Source: Nemertoderma westbladi
Taxonomy: Eukaryota > Animalia > Xenacoelomorpha
NCBI GenBank assembly: GCA_032718475.1
Contig: JAUCBJ010005732.1
Span: forward strand, 1 to 64,000
Reading direction: 5' to 3'
DNA length: 64,000 nt
Below, piece after piece: positions 25,301-37,189 of the stretch; positions within the stretch are counted from its first letter, which is position 1; every line of letters begins with the position of its first letter. The notes under the pieces are model-generated. The model was given only the letters and a program-made list of their open reading frames with translations, had not been told where the DNA came from and did no database searches. A program made the translations under genes and the position numbers.

Positions 25301-27645
25301 GAAATTTTTTTGTGTCTATGTTTTAATTGCACCAAAAACCAAAAATGACACATTTTCGAAGTTTATATTAGAAATACATTTGATAATTGTTTTAAACATA
25401 TGTTTTTAGAGGTTCCACAATTGTGTCTCACAACTAAAAACCTGCTGCGAAAATTTCAGCTTATTCCATCAAGCCGTTCTCGTGAAAAAGGTACATTTAT
25501 TTCGAAATTTCACGAAAAATAAGATGCTGAGAAAAACGCATTTTAAGTTTTCAAACCTTCCCGCTAATTTTATGTAAAACGCGGGAAATTTCAAAAATAA
25601 GCCAAAATATAATAAACTACTCCAGCAAAAATTTACCAACCAAAATTTACGAACCAAAATTTACGATTTAGGGGTTTTCGTAGTCGCTTAATTTATTTCT
25701 GATATATGTTTTAATGTTTGATGATATCTGAACTGCCTGTCTGTCTTTCATTCTGTCTGTCTGTCTGTCTGACTGTCAATCTCACAGACAATAAATAAGT
25801 AAGCACATCACTTTACTATAATTTATGATATGGGGGTTTTCCTGGTGTCTGATTCCATTTCCGATGTCAACTTTAATATTTGACTGAACCTAGAATGTCT
25901 GTTTTTATGTCTGTCTGTCTGTCAGTCAAAATATAAGGAGGCATGTCACCTGAATAAAATTTCAGATATGGGGGTTTTCCTAGTCTATGATTTCATTTAT
26001 AATACATGTTTTAATGTTTGATGACATCTGGACTGTCTGTATGTCTATTTGTCTGTCGGTCTGCCTGTCTGTTTGTCTGTCTGTCTGACTACGTAGTGTG
26101 ATTCGTTATGTTTTTGACAGACAGTCCGACAGACGGACAGACAAACTAGATTACGTCAAATTTGAAAACTGACCCCGGAAATGAAATCCGCGACCACGGG
26201 TGGTGTACATTTTTATATCCATAATTTGTTGACAAACAGAAAGACAGACCAATAGACAGACAAAAAGAAAAACAGACAACTTAAGCTTATGATGTGATGT
26301 TAGGATTTCGATTTCTGAAATCTACGTTAAATTCTGATTTAGAATTAATAAAAAAAAATTTCGAAAATTTTCATATTTTTGAAAAGTACTGGGGTACCAT
26401 CTCCCCCTAATTTAACCGAAATTCAGATGTTCTGCCCTCGTATATTGCATTTTGCATACGATGGCATTTTAGGTGCAATTCTGGCAAAACCTAAAACTGT
26501 CGGACAGCATAATTGAATTTGGGTAAATTAAAATTAGTGACAAAAAGTACTTATTTCCGAGACTGTTCTCTTATCGAAGAACATTACTTTCTCAGCAAGT
26601 TCAAATCTAGATCAGAAATATTATACTGTATCTTTGCACTAAGCCCGCACTTTTGGTGTGTTATATTTATCCTGTAAAGATAAGTACCCTGCAAAACCTA
26701 CAGCAAATAAATAACACATTCCCACGATTCGATCAAAATTGCTAAATGCCTACAGGGGCCAGTCAGCCTTAAGGTGGCTAACTATAACACCTACAGAAAT
26801 GAAATTTTCGAAAATTTACAAATTTTTTTGTAGTTTGATAGAAGGGCTTTCATAAAAGGTGATATCTGTTTTCAACATTGAATTATTTTTTGACCTCAAA
26901 ACTGCTCTTTTCAACAACATAATATATTGCTGATATTTATGCCTCTCTGTATAAAACAACCTTTTTATCAGTATGTCGATTTTGACTTTTTTCATCACTA
27001 AATTGCCTACTACTTTTTTTATTTTTTACTCAATTTCCATTAAACATATACCAAAATGTTTAGCATCTTTAGGGCTACAATCGTGAATATTGGTTTGTAA
27101 AACATTGCCATTTGGATCTTCTAGAACCGATTTTGTAACGATTTGCTACACTTTGTCTATCACAAAATAGTACTTAGTACTTATTTACACGCAGTCATCC
27201 AACGAAAATACTTTATATTTCCTTCGCAACATTTTCAAATTTCAGTTGTTTTTAGCAGCTTTTTCTTTTGAAAGGGTTTGCGGAAAAATATCAACTTTCG
27301 GGCCATTTTTGGAAATTACTAAAATGTGCCTTAGGGCCACCAGAGGCTTAATCCGGCACTGAAAGTTACTTTTCAGTATAGAGAGAAATTTAGTTGATTT
27401 AGATTTTGGTGCGCTATTTAGCTAACCGTCCGGGTCTGCGTGGCCACTCTCACAAGTTAAATGTACCTAGATGTAGATTAATTATTTCTAAAAACTCATT
27501 TACCAGCCGTGTTGTGCCAGTCTGGAATGATTTGCCAGAAGATATAGTAGATTCCAGAACACTTGTCAGTTTTGCGACCAAGCTCAAGAACCACGATTTC
27601 CTACCAATTTGCAAATTTAATCGACCACTAATCGGTCGCTCGTAA
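22345..27645 (+). pseudogene. LINE ORF2 (APE endonuclease plus RT), frameshifted, internally deleted near 24040, split by the hAT insertion
   Basis: NARS, VTESWL, GGGA, GDFN, LDLV, SDH; NYRPVSLT; QGSVLGP.LF.IYINDL; catalytic motif mutated to FADN. Confidence 0.9.
24839..27361. mobile_element. Non-autonomous hAT element
   Basis: TIRs CAGTGCCGGATTAA and TTAATCCGGCACTG; perfect 8-bp TSD AAAGTTAC (24831-24838 and 27362-27369). Confidence 0.92.
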
Positions 27646-27892
27646 TAAATGTTTCTGGGCTCTACGGTATTTACAGTTAATTTTATTCGTATTTCTTTTT
27701 AAATTTGTTTTTTTTTAAGTTGATGTAAATTTTAATGTTTAGTGATTTTAAATTTTGTTTTTTATTAACACCCGTAAGCGCTGATACGCCTGGGTGGTTT
27801 TTCTCCCTCCACTAATTATGTTTTATCTTACTTAACGTGCAACAAATAGTTATAATATGATGTAATAAAGGAGTGTTGACTAATGTTCAATC

Positions 27893-27925
27893 AATAAAAG
27901 TCAAGGTCAAACATTTGAACAGGTT
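27893..27925 (+). pseudogene. PIF1 helicase fragment, 3' half
   Basis: NKSQGQTFEQV completes AFAMTI|NKSQGQT. Confidence 0.85.
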
Positions 27926-29210
27926 TGTGGCTCACTCCATGAAAAGTTCAACCTCCCCACTAATTTCTAAAAATGAGATGTAGCTTTGAATTTATACTTC
28001 TTTTAGGTCAAAATTTATCGTACTTCCTGAATTCAGTGCTAAAAATTGTATCAACACAGGTGGTTTCTCAAAAATAGCACCTGCTCTGCACAAAATGTGA
28101 ATAAAAGTGTGCAAAAGTTTCGTTTCCTGTAGGCACTTCCTATGACCAATAAATTAACATTTCTGAGCATGTACCAAATCAAAAACAAACCCATTTTCGA
28201 ATTTTTTTGGTTTCATTTAATTTCACCAGTGTTTCATTCCTTTGTAATGAAATCGATAAAGTTAATCATGTGATGTCCCATACTTTAACTAAAATAGTGA
28301 AATTTTTAGTTTATTCACAAAGATGAAACTCAGCCTAATCACCCAGTGGAATGCAAAGCACGTTTGTGTTGCGTCATCGTATAAAACAATTAGTTTCATC
28401 TTCACTCCCTCAGAATATTCATGGCGGCCAATTGAAAATTATCCCATACTTTACCATTAATAATGGCGATTATATTAGTGCACTGTATTAATCTAATATG
28501 TAAAGCCAGGAGTGTTATACAGTAATACTCTAAGGCCATAGTAGGCCGTAAGAGTATGAGTCTATATTTGAACTGAGAATCATTCCTCAGTCAAGAAATC
28601 TTTGAGTTTATGCATGTAAAGTCCCGTACTTTACAACAAATTTCAAAAAATGTAGTTTTTTAGCAGATAAGAAGATCGGTAAGTACAGTAATTGATACAT
28701 TTTCAGAAAAATGGAAAGAATTTCTAAACTTTTCACAGACTACATGTGTACCAAGTTTGGTTATTTTTCATCAATAATTGGCGGACTTATTTCGGTTTTT
28801 ATCAAAATTTTGAAACTATCGGTACCAACAGACAGATTGCCTGATATGTGACCTTTGATTCATTAAACCTCAGATTCTTTCCAAACTTTTGACAGACTTC
28901 ATACGTACCAGGTTTGGTTTAATTTCATCTATAAATGACAAGAGTTATACAATATTAGCGATCAAAAATTAGACAGATGACAGACAACTCCTCAACGGCA
29001 CCCATATGCTAAGACTTCGGGTCAATTTGGGGGTCGCCGCACATTTTGCATCCATATCTTGGTTGGAAATACTTAGTTGCACTTTATTATCACTAATTAT
29101 CCAGAAGTGAGGTGCTGCTTCCCAGTGGTTAGACGGATACACTTCTACCTTGTTTCACTTTACCGTCCCGTCTCCCTTGGGAACTTCTATCTATTGTCTC
29201 CTTTCTAGCA

Positions 29211-29280
29211 CTAGCTACTTGAGAAAGCCCCCATTGGGGCGAAACCTACTGATCAGCTGACAGCCGTCAGCTTATCACTG
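29211..29280 (+). ncRNA. Hammerhead-like motif in the 5' pLTR (variant core)
   Basis: CTTGAGAAA-GCCCC-CATT-GGGGC-GAAAC followed by a long hairpin. Confidence 0.5.
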
Positions 29281-29717
29281 AGTGCATGCAACGTCTAATG
29301 GTCAGTTGCTTTTTTATTTTAGTATTTGTATCGTACTGTACTGGCATACCTACCGGTAAGGTTTTTACTTCAGCTTGACAATTAAAGAATAAAATAATTG
29401 TATTAACTCAAGCATTTAATTATTATTTATATATTTCCTTTTGGGTTTGCTTGTACCAAGTGTTCGTGGTTACTTCTATTCACCAGCAACGGGGTTGCAG
29501 TTTCCGATCCGCCTGTCATCGTCATCCGACTTCGACAGTCAGGTGACTTCGTATTCGGTTGCTGGTTGGCGACGGATTTGATTGGCTGGCGTTTGTATGT
29601 GGGTTGTGGTCTTTGAGCACCCCAGTCGGTCCCTGTCGTACCGAGTTTCTCGGTTAGTCTGCGCGCCACAGATCTTGGTTTACTGGCATCAGTTTCTCGG
29701 CTGTTCCTTGCCAACAA

Positions 29718-30846
29718 GTACGGGTTCTCATCTGCGAGTTCGGGTCTCATCTGCGAGTTTGGGTTCTCATCACGAGTTCGGGTTCTCATCTAAGAGTTTG
29801 GGTTCGCTTCTAGGAGTTCGGGTTCTCATCTACGAGCTCGGGTTCTCATCTACGAGTTTGTGTTCTCATCTACGAGTTCGGGTTCGCATCAACGAGTTTG
29901 GGTCTCATCTACGACAGTACGAGTTTGGGTTCTCATCTACGAGTTCGTGTTCTCATCTACGAGTTCGGGTTCTCATCTGCGAGTTCGGGTTCTCATCACA
30001 AGTTCGGGTTCTCATCTACGAGCTCGGGTTCTCATCTACGAGTGAGTCGGGATCGCATCAACGAGTTCGGGTCTCATCTACGACAGTACGAGTTTGGGTT
30101 CTCATCTATGAGTTCGTGTTCTCATCTACGAGTTCGGGTTCTCATCTGCGAGTTCGGGTTATCATCACGAGTTCGGGTTCTCATCTACGAGTTCGGGTTT
30201 GCTTCTACGAGTTCGGGTTCTCATCTACAAGCTCGGGTTCTCATCTACGAGTTTGTGTTCTCATCTACGAGTTCGGGTTCTCATCTGCAAGTTCGGGTTC
30301 TCATCATGAGTTCGGGTTCTCATCTATGAGTTTGGGTTCGCTTCTACGAGTTCGTGTTCTCATCTACGAGTTCGGGTTCTCATCTGCGAGTTCGGGTTAT
30401 CATCACGAGTTCGGGTTCTCATCTACGAGTTCGGGTTCGCTTCTACGAGTTCGGGTTCTCATCTCCGAGCTCGGGTTCTCATCTACGAGTTCGGGTTCTC
30501 ATCTACGAGTGAGTCGGGATCGCATCAACGAGTTCGGGTCTCATCTACGACAGTACGAGTTCGGGTTCTCATCTACGAATTCGTGTTCTCATCTACGAGT
30601 TTAGGTTCTCATCTGCGAGTTCGGGTTCTCATCACGAGTTCGGGTTCTCATCTACGAGTTCGGGTTCGCTTATACGAGTTTGGGTTCTCATCTATGAGCT
30701 CGGGTTCTCATCTACGAGTTCGGGTTCTCATCTACGAGTTCGGGTTCGCAGCAACGAGTTTGGGTCTCATCTACGACAGTACGAGTTTGGGTTCTCATCT
30801 ACGAGTTCGAGTTCTCATCTACGAGTTCGGGTTCTCATCTACGAGT
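29718..30846. repeat. 20-bp minisatellite (GAGTTCGGGTTCTCATCTAC) inside the Penelope 5' region
   Basis: About 55 diverged copies with recurring variant blocks. Confidence 0.95.
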
Positions 30847-31129
30847 TATTCGGTTTTTCGCCATAAGATTATTAGACTTTGGTATACAGTTTTATATTTT
30901 TATTCATTTTTAACCTTCTTTTTAGTCTTTCATTTATTTATTTGATCATCGATTTATTTGAACATTTTTCTGTATTGAGTTATTTTGACATAATTATTGG
31001 AGTATTGTTGAATCGTCTATTAGGGTCATATTGTTTGTTGTGCCTGTCCAGTGTGCCCTTATGTATTTGAAGTTGAATAGGTTCATTGTCCTCCTTGGGT
31101 GTTATTTTTCAGTGGTTGGGTTGGTTGGG

Positions 31130-33624
31130 ATGGCTGCCGATGGATCGAACCCTTTTCCCACTGACTTCGTGGCTGCGCTCCGTGGGAAGGGGGAGTGGAG
31201 AACGTTCCTCAGGTATAGAGATGTGGTTCTCAAAGCGGGGAACCTTGCCACTGACACGGTTTTCTTAACCCGTTGTAGTGATTCTGGTGTGGTGCCACGG
31301 TTTCTGGCATTCAAGGTACCTCCATCTCGTCCATTTGCAGAACCTGATGCTATTCGGGCCTTTCAGCTGCGGTTGCTAAACACAACCTTAGCTAGGAGGG
31401 TGAATGAGCTGAAGGCTGCAGAGGGTCGTGTGGAGAGTACCAAGCATCACCTTGCCACTTGACTGGGAGACTCTCAGCTGATTGAGGATGCCGTCCACCA
31501 GGCTAACACCTGGTGTAACGGTAAACTCGAGCGGTGGAGGGCTGACCAGGACGAGAAGTTTAGGTGGTGGGCCGGAAGCCAAGGGACACCCTTACTTAAT
31601 GTCCACGACACAGTCCGGTGCGAGGATGGTATTGTTCTGCCTGAGACGGTTGAGTCGTTGCTCAGACTTGGGGCCAAGAACCCGGTCAAAACCAAGTTTG
31701 ACACCGCACTCTTCTACTCTCAGGTAGATTATTTCACCCACGCCACTGATGCTGACAAAGTAAGTGTGTCACACCACTCCCAGAATTACGCCAGGTTAAT
31801 GCGCTTACAGCGGCAGTCAGATGCTGTCGCCACGCCCGCGCGTTACCTGAAGCAACAGGGCCTGATTGCTGTGCCGTTTGACAAGGGGAACGGCTATTGT
31901 GTTATGAGGAAGGAGTCGTATCTGACCAAGGCTGATACTCTCATCGCCTACCCCGCCAAGTTTGGTCCCCCTCCAGGCCACCCGGGTGCTGTGAAGATCG
32001 ATATTTACCGTCGTAGGGCCGAGGTTATACGGGACGAGGTCACCAGTATTGTGGGTAAGGAGAGTAAGGAACTCCTAGCCAAGTTACTACTGCGCAAGGA
32101 TACTACTCCCCCGAGGCTGTACGGCCTCGCTAAGGTCCACAAGGCTGGTGTCCCTCTCTGCCCGATAACTTCAATGCCCAGCAGCATCTACCACCCTGTC
32201 ACTGAGTACCTCAGGGACATGTTGCAGGTGCTGCCAGAGGGTAGGATTGGTACTAACAGCGCTGGGGCTGCCGATCGTCTCGCCGAGCTGGAGGTAGAAC
32301 CCACGGACCACCTCTACTCCCTGGACGTAGTGAGTTTATTCACTAACGTTCCACTCAAGGAGGCGGTGCAGCTTGCTGCTGATCTACTGTACGAGCAACA
32401 TCCTGACCAGCCTATCAACAAGGACCAATTTATTCGTCTTATGTTGATTGCTACACAGGATGTTGTATTCCTGGATCACCGTGGTAATTACCGTTGTCAG
32501 AGGGATGGTGTTGCCATGGGCTCCCCTTTGGGTCCCATACTCGCCAACATCTTTCTGTCACAGTTCGATGAGCAGATCGCGGCGGGTACAAAGCTTAGCG
32601 ATAGGTACATTGATGACGTGTTTAGCGTTGGTAGCAACGACCCCACTGAGAAGCTGAGAGAGGTAAATGCCCTCCACCCCAATCTTAAGTTTACACTTGA
32701 GTTGGAGGAACAGGGCCGCTTGCCTTTCCTGGATTTGGTTGTGTCCCGTACTGACCACGCGCTTGCGACGGCGTGGTACCGCAAGCCTACAGATACCGGG
32801 CTTGTTCTTAATGCTACTGCGTGTGCCCCTGAGGCATATAAACGGGGGGTAGTTCGTGGAATGTTTCATCGCATTTTCAACGTCAGTAAGGGCAGGGATG
32901 GCTCCCAGCTCCATACTGCAATTGGCGAAGCTAATACCATTCTTAGCAATAACCAATATACGAATGCGATGATTCAACGCGAGCTTACCGCCGTCCGTGC
33001 CGCTAGGGGCGTCCTGGCAATTGTAGTGAGAGCGAGGTGACTGCGGTTGCACCCACTGAGGTCATTGACCTGGTGGATCCAGCACCCGTAGATAATCCCA
33101 GGCCTATCATCTGTAAGTTTGAGTACCGCGGTCGGGCTACCGAACTTTTCGTTTGTAGGCTACGTGGTCTAGTACCGAGATCTTGCGCACGGCCAGTGCG
33201 GTTTGTTTACACAACTGCCAAACTGCGCCAATTACTGCCATCATTGAAACATCCGGTTCCCGATATTCTGGCTTCTAACGTCGTGTATTCATTTGCTTTT
33301 CCCTCTTGTAAGGGGGAATATGTTGGACATACCATCCAACACTTATTTGAACGCGTTAGACAGCATCAAGACGGGTCGGCCAATGATGGTAGTGAACAAG
33401 GCAAGACAGTTCACAACCATATCATGACGCACCGCGGGGAGCCCAACACACGTTGGTTGACCGACTGGCGAGAGTTGTTCAAACACTTCAAGGTTATTGC
33501 ACGGCACCCTTTGCGTCCTGTCCTGCAAAAACTAGAAATGTTTTATATACGCACTCGCCAGCCAGCTATTAACAAGCAGAAACGTGATTGGCGCAAGTTT
33601 GAGGTGCTGCTTCCCAGTGGTTAG
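31130..33624 (+). pseudogene. Penelope RT-GIY-YIG ORF with one in-frame TGA (31460-31462) and one frameshift (about 33000-33040)
   Basis: PFDKGNG, LYGLAKVHK, LDVVSLFTNVP, GVAMGSPLGP, RYIDD, LPFLD, YRKPT; GIY-YIG-type NVVY...YVG.T...R...H. Confidence 0.92.
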
Positions 33625-33702
33625 ACGGATACACTTCTACCTTGTTTCACTTTACCGTCCCGTCTCCCTTGGGAACTTCTGTCTATTGTCTCCTTTCTAG
33701 CA

Positions 33703-33772
33703 CTAGCTACTTGAGAAAGCCCCCATTGGGGCGAAACCTACTGATCAGCTGACAGCCGTCAGCTGATCACTG
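33703..33772 (+). ncRNA. Hammerhead-like motif in the 3' pLTR
   Basis: Same motif with a perfect hairpin TGATCAGCTGAC-AGCC-GTCAGCTGATCA. Confidence 0.5.
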
Positions 33773-34711
33773 AGTGCATGCAACGTCTAATGGTCAGTTG
33801 CTTTTTTATTTTAGTATTTGTATCGTACTGTACTGGCATACCTACCGGTAAGGTTTTTACTTCAGCTTGACAATTAAATAATAAAATAATTATCCAGAAA
33901 TTACTGTTATGTTATGTTAAGTGTAAGAGACCATTTTGACCATAAAATTCGTACAGGTCCCGTACTTTACCTAGCAATGTCCCATACTTTACCACACACA
34001 CCACACTGTAAAAAATTAGCAATGTAGCAATTCGTCTGATATTTATATTTTTATTTAAGCTTAATAATACAGCTTTATCCTAAACATCAACTCAACACTG
34101 TACCTGCGCACAATTCGCTAAACTTTAGAATTGAAATCATAAAATAAAAAAAACCATTTCGTACGAATCCGTACTTTACCTTAATTGGACAAGCTGGTGT
34201 TTTCTCAAAAGTGACTAAGTCCCGCCATAAGCTTCGCAAAATCAAAGCTGATATTCGAAAGTTCAATCCAAGCACAATTTTGTGCACATATGTGCTGTGG
34301 ATAACATTGTACAGGCAATCAAAGTTCAAAATTGTGTACGAATGTCCCGTACTTTACTTTGGAATGAGCCATTTAAGGAAATGTAATTTTCAAAAAACGT
34401 CTCAAAAAAAGTGCCAAAAGTAGGGTTAAAAAATGGTGCTATAACTTGAAAACTACCCAATATTTTTGTAAACGGTTTTCACTACTAAGAAGACAATAGA
34501 TTTTTAGGAAAAGTCATCAATTTTCAGATTCCCAACTGCGTTTGTTTCAGAATTAAAAAAAAAACCACGGGGGGGGGGTTATATTGACCCCCCCCCCCCC
34601 GGGTTTAATAGGGTTAAGTTCTACCACCAGTTCGACCCCCCCCCCCCCCCCCCCCCAGGTTGTTTATCCTACACTAAATGCAACTCCAATCAATTAATGT
34701 ACCCCAATGGA

Positions 34712-34760
34712 GTAGCGAATGGCAACATCTGTTACCTTGAGAGAATTATTGCTTGGCAAC
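34712..34760. promoter_or_regulatory. Two RFX X-box-like sites
   Basis: GTAGCGAATGGCAAC (34712-34726) and ATTGCTTGGCAAC (34748-34760), upstream of the TEX36-like ORF. Confidence 0.4.
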
Positions 34761-35062
34761 ACGGAGAGGTAATTAATACACCGTTAATGCCAATCTAATT
34801 AACGGCCGACTTATTCTCGGGTTGGTTGTATTAATATTAGCATGTTTGTGGATTTGTTTATTTTTTGTAATTATTTTCAAATTTAATCAAAATTATCGTT
34901 TTAACCGGTTTTTTTATGTTGTATATTTTTATCTATAAAGTACGGCTCTACCTCGAGTGAAAATATTGAGTTACTTTATATATATTTGCTTGTGTTAGAC
35001 GTAGAATGAAATAAAATGTTTCTTCATTATTAATTCGACGAACTACAGTATATTCTCTGAGT

Positions 35063-35786
35063 ATGCCGAAAGCTAGCCAACCTTGGTCACCATGGTTACC
35101 AATAGACCACACGTGGTGGTGGTATTACCATAGTAACGAGGAAATCCGACTGGAAATCCGAGAGAACACGACTGCAGGGGAAATGATGACAGATATCTAC
35201 CGACACTCTGTCAACAATAATGTTCTAGAACTTTCGCAAAGACGCGACGCTTCTACCTACAGAATACCGCCGGATTTCCTAAACAAATCGAGAATATAAA
35301 ACTGGAAACCCTTTTTGTTTCCGCGACAACCGACACCAGACGCGCGACTACGGGGTTTATTTCAACGAGAAGTTTAGGAAGTTTAAATCCTACGGAGATA
35401 AGCAGCAGCATCTGTCTGCGAACCACATCGAGTGGGTGAGTGACACAGCTGGGCGAGGTACCCGGCCCTACACGTCGGTCTACCGGAGGAGTTTCAACCG
35501 AGTCTCGTCTGTAACCCCGGATACTACCGCGGGGATATCGCTTGATATCCCTCCTGTATTCCGGGCCGCCACCTCGGAATCATTCCGACCCCACTCCCGC
35601 TTCCCCCGTGTCTACCCGACCCCCGTAGTCAGGGCGACTGATCGCTCGGAATATATCCGGGTTGGTATGACAGCCCCTGATTCCGGTTCATTTAGGACTC
35701 CTCTTCGCTCCCTCGCTTTGGCACAGGAACCGTTCCAGAAACACAATAACTGGCGATATTCAAACAGAGGCGTTAAAATAAAATAG
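35063..35786 (+). pseudogene. TEX36-like (HDNR-domain) gene with a +1 frameshift near 35283
   Basis: The second frame reads NPFCFRDNRHQTRDYGVYF...DKQQHLSANHIEW...SRFPRVY, which resembles TEX36 FPFSVHDNRH...GCYL...DKRQHVSRNFNLW...RRFPRCY (recalled sequence). Confidence 0.62.
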
Positions 35787-36456
35787 GATTTATTTGTATA
35801 TTATTAGGTAATAAAGAATTTTAATTAACAATTAATTTGTTTAATTATATCAGCTGATTTTGAAAAGTCCAAATTTTGCTCTCGGACCTCCTCCGACGTT
35901 CTCAAAATGTTTCTATAAAATATATTAGGTAATATTAGGCAGACAACTGATACGGATGTTGAAATATTTAAGGCAACACTTATGAGTTAAGGTTCACCTT
36001 AGCTAAGGTTGATTTATATGCAACCGGCCCCTCCTGGTCTAACAGCAAGTTAAGTAAATAAAGTTAAGTTATTGCAACTATAATTTATTAATATATTGTA
36101 AATATTAACCAAACATAAACCAATAACCCATAACCATCACACATATAAACTGGTAACATATAGCAGAATAGCCAAGATTCAGTCTCTTCTAAAACTTATT
36201 GGGAATTCAAACTGTAAAATAAATAATAAAAACGTTAAAGTAAATAATTTTATAGTAAAAAACGATATTTATTCCGGAACTCATTATTATTAATCATTAT
36301 TATTAATCAGGAACTTTTCACCCAAATATATTATTATATTTTATTTATATTATATATTAATATTTTTTATATATTTTATAATTAAATGTAAAAGTTAGTT
36401 TCCAACGCAACTCTATTGAAATTATTTAGTAATTTTATATAAAACTTACAGTTTTA

Positions 36457-37086
36457 CTAAATCCAAATCTTCATTTCAACTCGAGAAGCCGGACTCCCTC
36501 TAGTAAAATCAACCCAATAAGGTCCTTTCTGATCCCCCGCACCATATTCTCCGTTCAAGTTACTGAACCCGCAGCCTGTGTACCACCACGACCCAGTATG
36601 GTCTACGGCGCAGTTGTCGGAGTCCATCCCGTCATTATCGCGGTCCTTGGTAGAGAATGGTGCACCGTTGTGATACTCCAATGCGTCACCAGCAGTACCA
36701 TGGTAACCGGATACATTTAGGGTGTAATTAGTTGCAGCTGATCCGATAGAGAAGTTGTTGTATTCCGCGTATTTGTGTTCGTTGTTGTAATTCTTTCTCT
36801 CACGATTGTTATTATCATTGGGATCTTCAAACCCCTCTCCAGTGAACCACAAATCGACTCTCAACTTCACCCCGCCTTCACTCAGCTGGTGGATCTTCTC
36901 CAACCCCAACCAAAAATTGTTATTCGGGTCGCCAAATCCATTAACGTATTCGTTCCAAGTGCGGTAAAAGTCAACAGACCCATCAACTCTTTGTTGAATC
37001 TTTATCCCCTGAACCCCTATCAGATGGCCGTAAATATTGTTTAACGCGTTTTGGACGGTTACCAGATCTTGGTCATGGTCATTATC
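36457..37086 (-). CDS. Fibrinogen C-terminal domain exon
   Basis: After TTTTAG: IQQRVDGSVDFYRTWNEYVNGFGD...FWLGLEKIH...AEY..F.IG...YHGTAGDAL.YHNG..FSTKDRDND...NCA...WWY..C..SNLNG.Y. Confidence 0.95.
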   Translation of the reverse strand, partial: DNDHDQDLVTVQNALNNIYGHLIGVQGIKIQQRVDGSVDFYRTWNEYVNGFGDPNNNFWLGLEKIHQLSEGGVKLRVDLWFTGEGFEDPNDNNNRERKNYNNEHKYAEYNNFSIGSAATNYTLNVSGYHGTAGDALEYHNGAPFSTKDRDNDGMDSDNCAVDHTGSWWYTGCGFSNLNGEYGAGDQKGPYWVDFTRGSPASRVEMKIWI

Positions 37087-37189
37087 CTAAAACAATAAAT
37101 ATTGCGTAACTTGAGATTATTTATCTATTAATTCGAAAATATTTTTGTTTTCATCACCATTAGATAAAAATACGAAGCAATTTAGCAGA

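Larger units (their letters stand above)
20814..27892 (+). mobile_element. CR1-group LINE, near full length and decayed, interrupted by a hAT element
   Basis: ORF1 with PHD finger, ORF2 with APE and RT, C-terminal RGHS.KL...WNDLP at 27406-27645. The flanks rejoin into a PIF1 motif. Confidence 0.9.
29108..33886 (+). mobile_element. Penelope-like retroelement with direct pLTRs and a 13-bp TSD
   Basis: 29108-29398 is nearly identical to 33600-33890. TAATTATCCAGAA at 29094-29106 and 33887-33899. RT plus GIY-YIG ORF. Confidence 0.93.
27928..34371. mobile_element. Putative non-autonomous TIR element hosting the Penelope insertion
   Basis: TGGCTCACTCCA at 27928 and TGGAATGAGCCA at 34360-34371. Internal motif TCCC(G/A)TACTTTA recurs on both sides of the Penelope. 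Confidence 0.5.

Noticed and set aside
29427-30945. Long ORFs with HLRVRV and SSTSSG repeats
   Set aside because: Translations of the 20-bp minisatellite, open in several frames.
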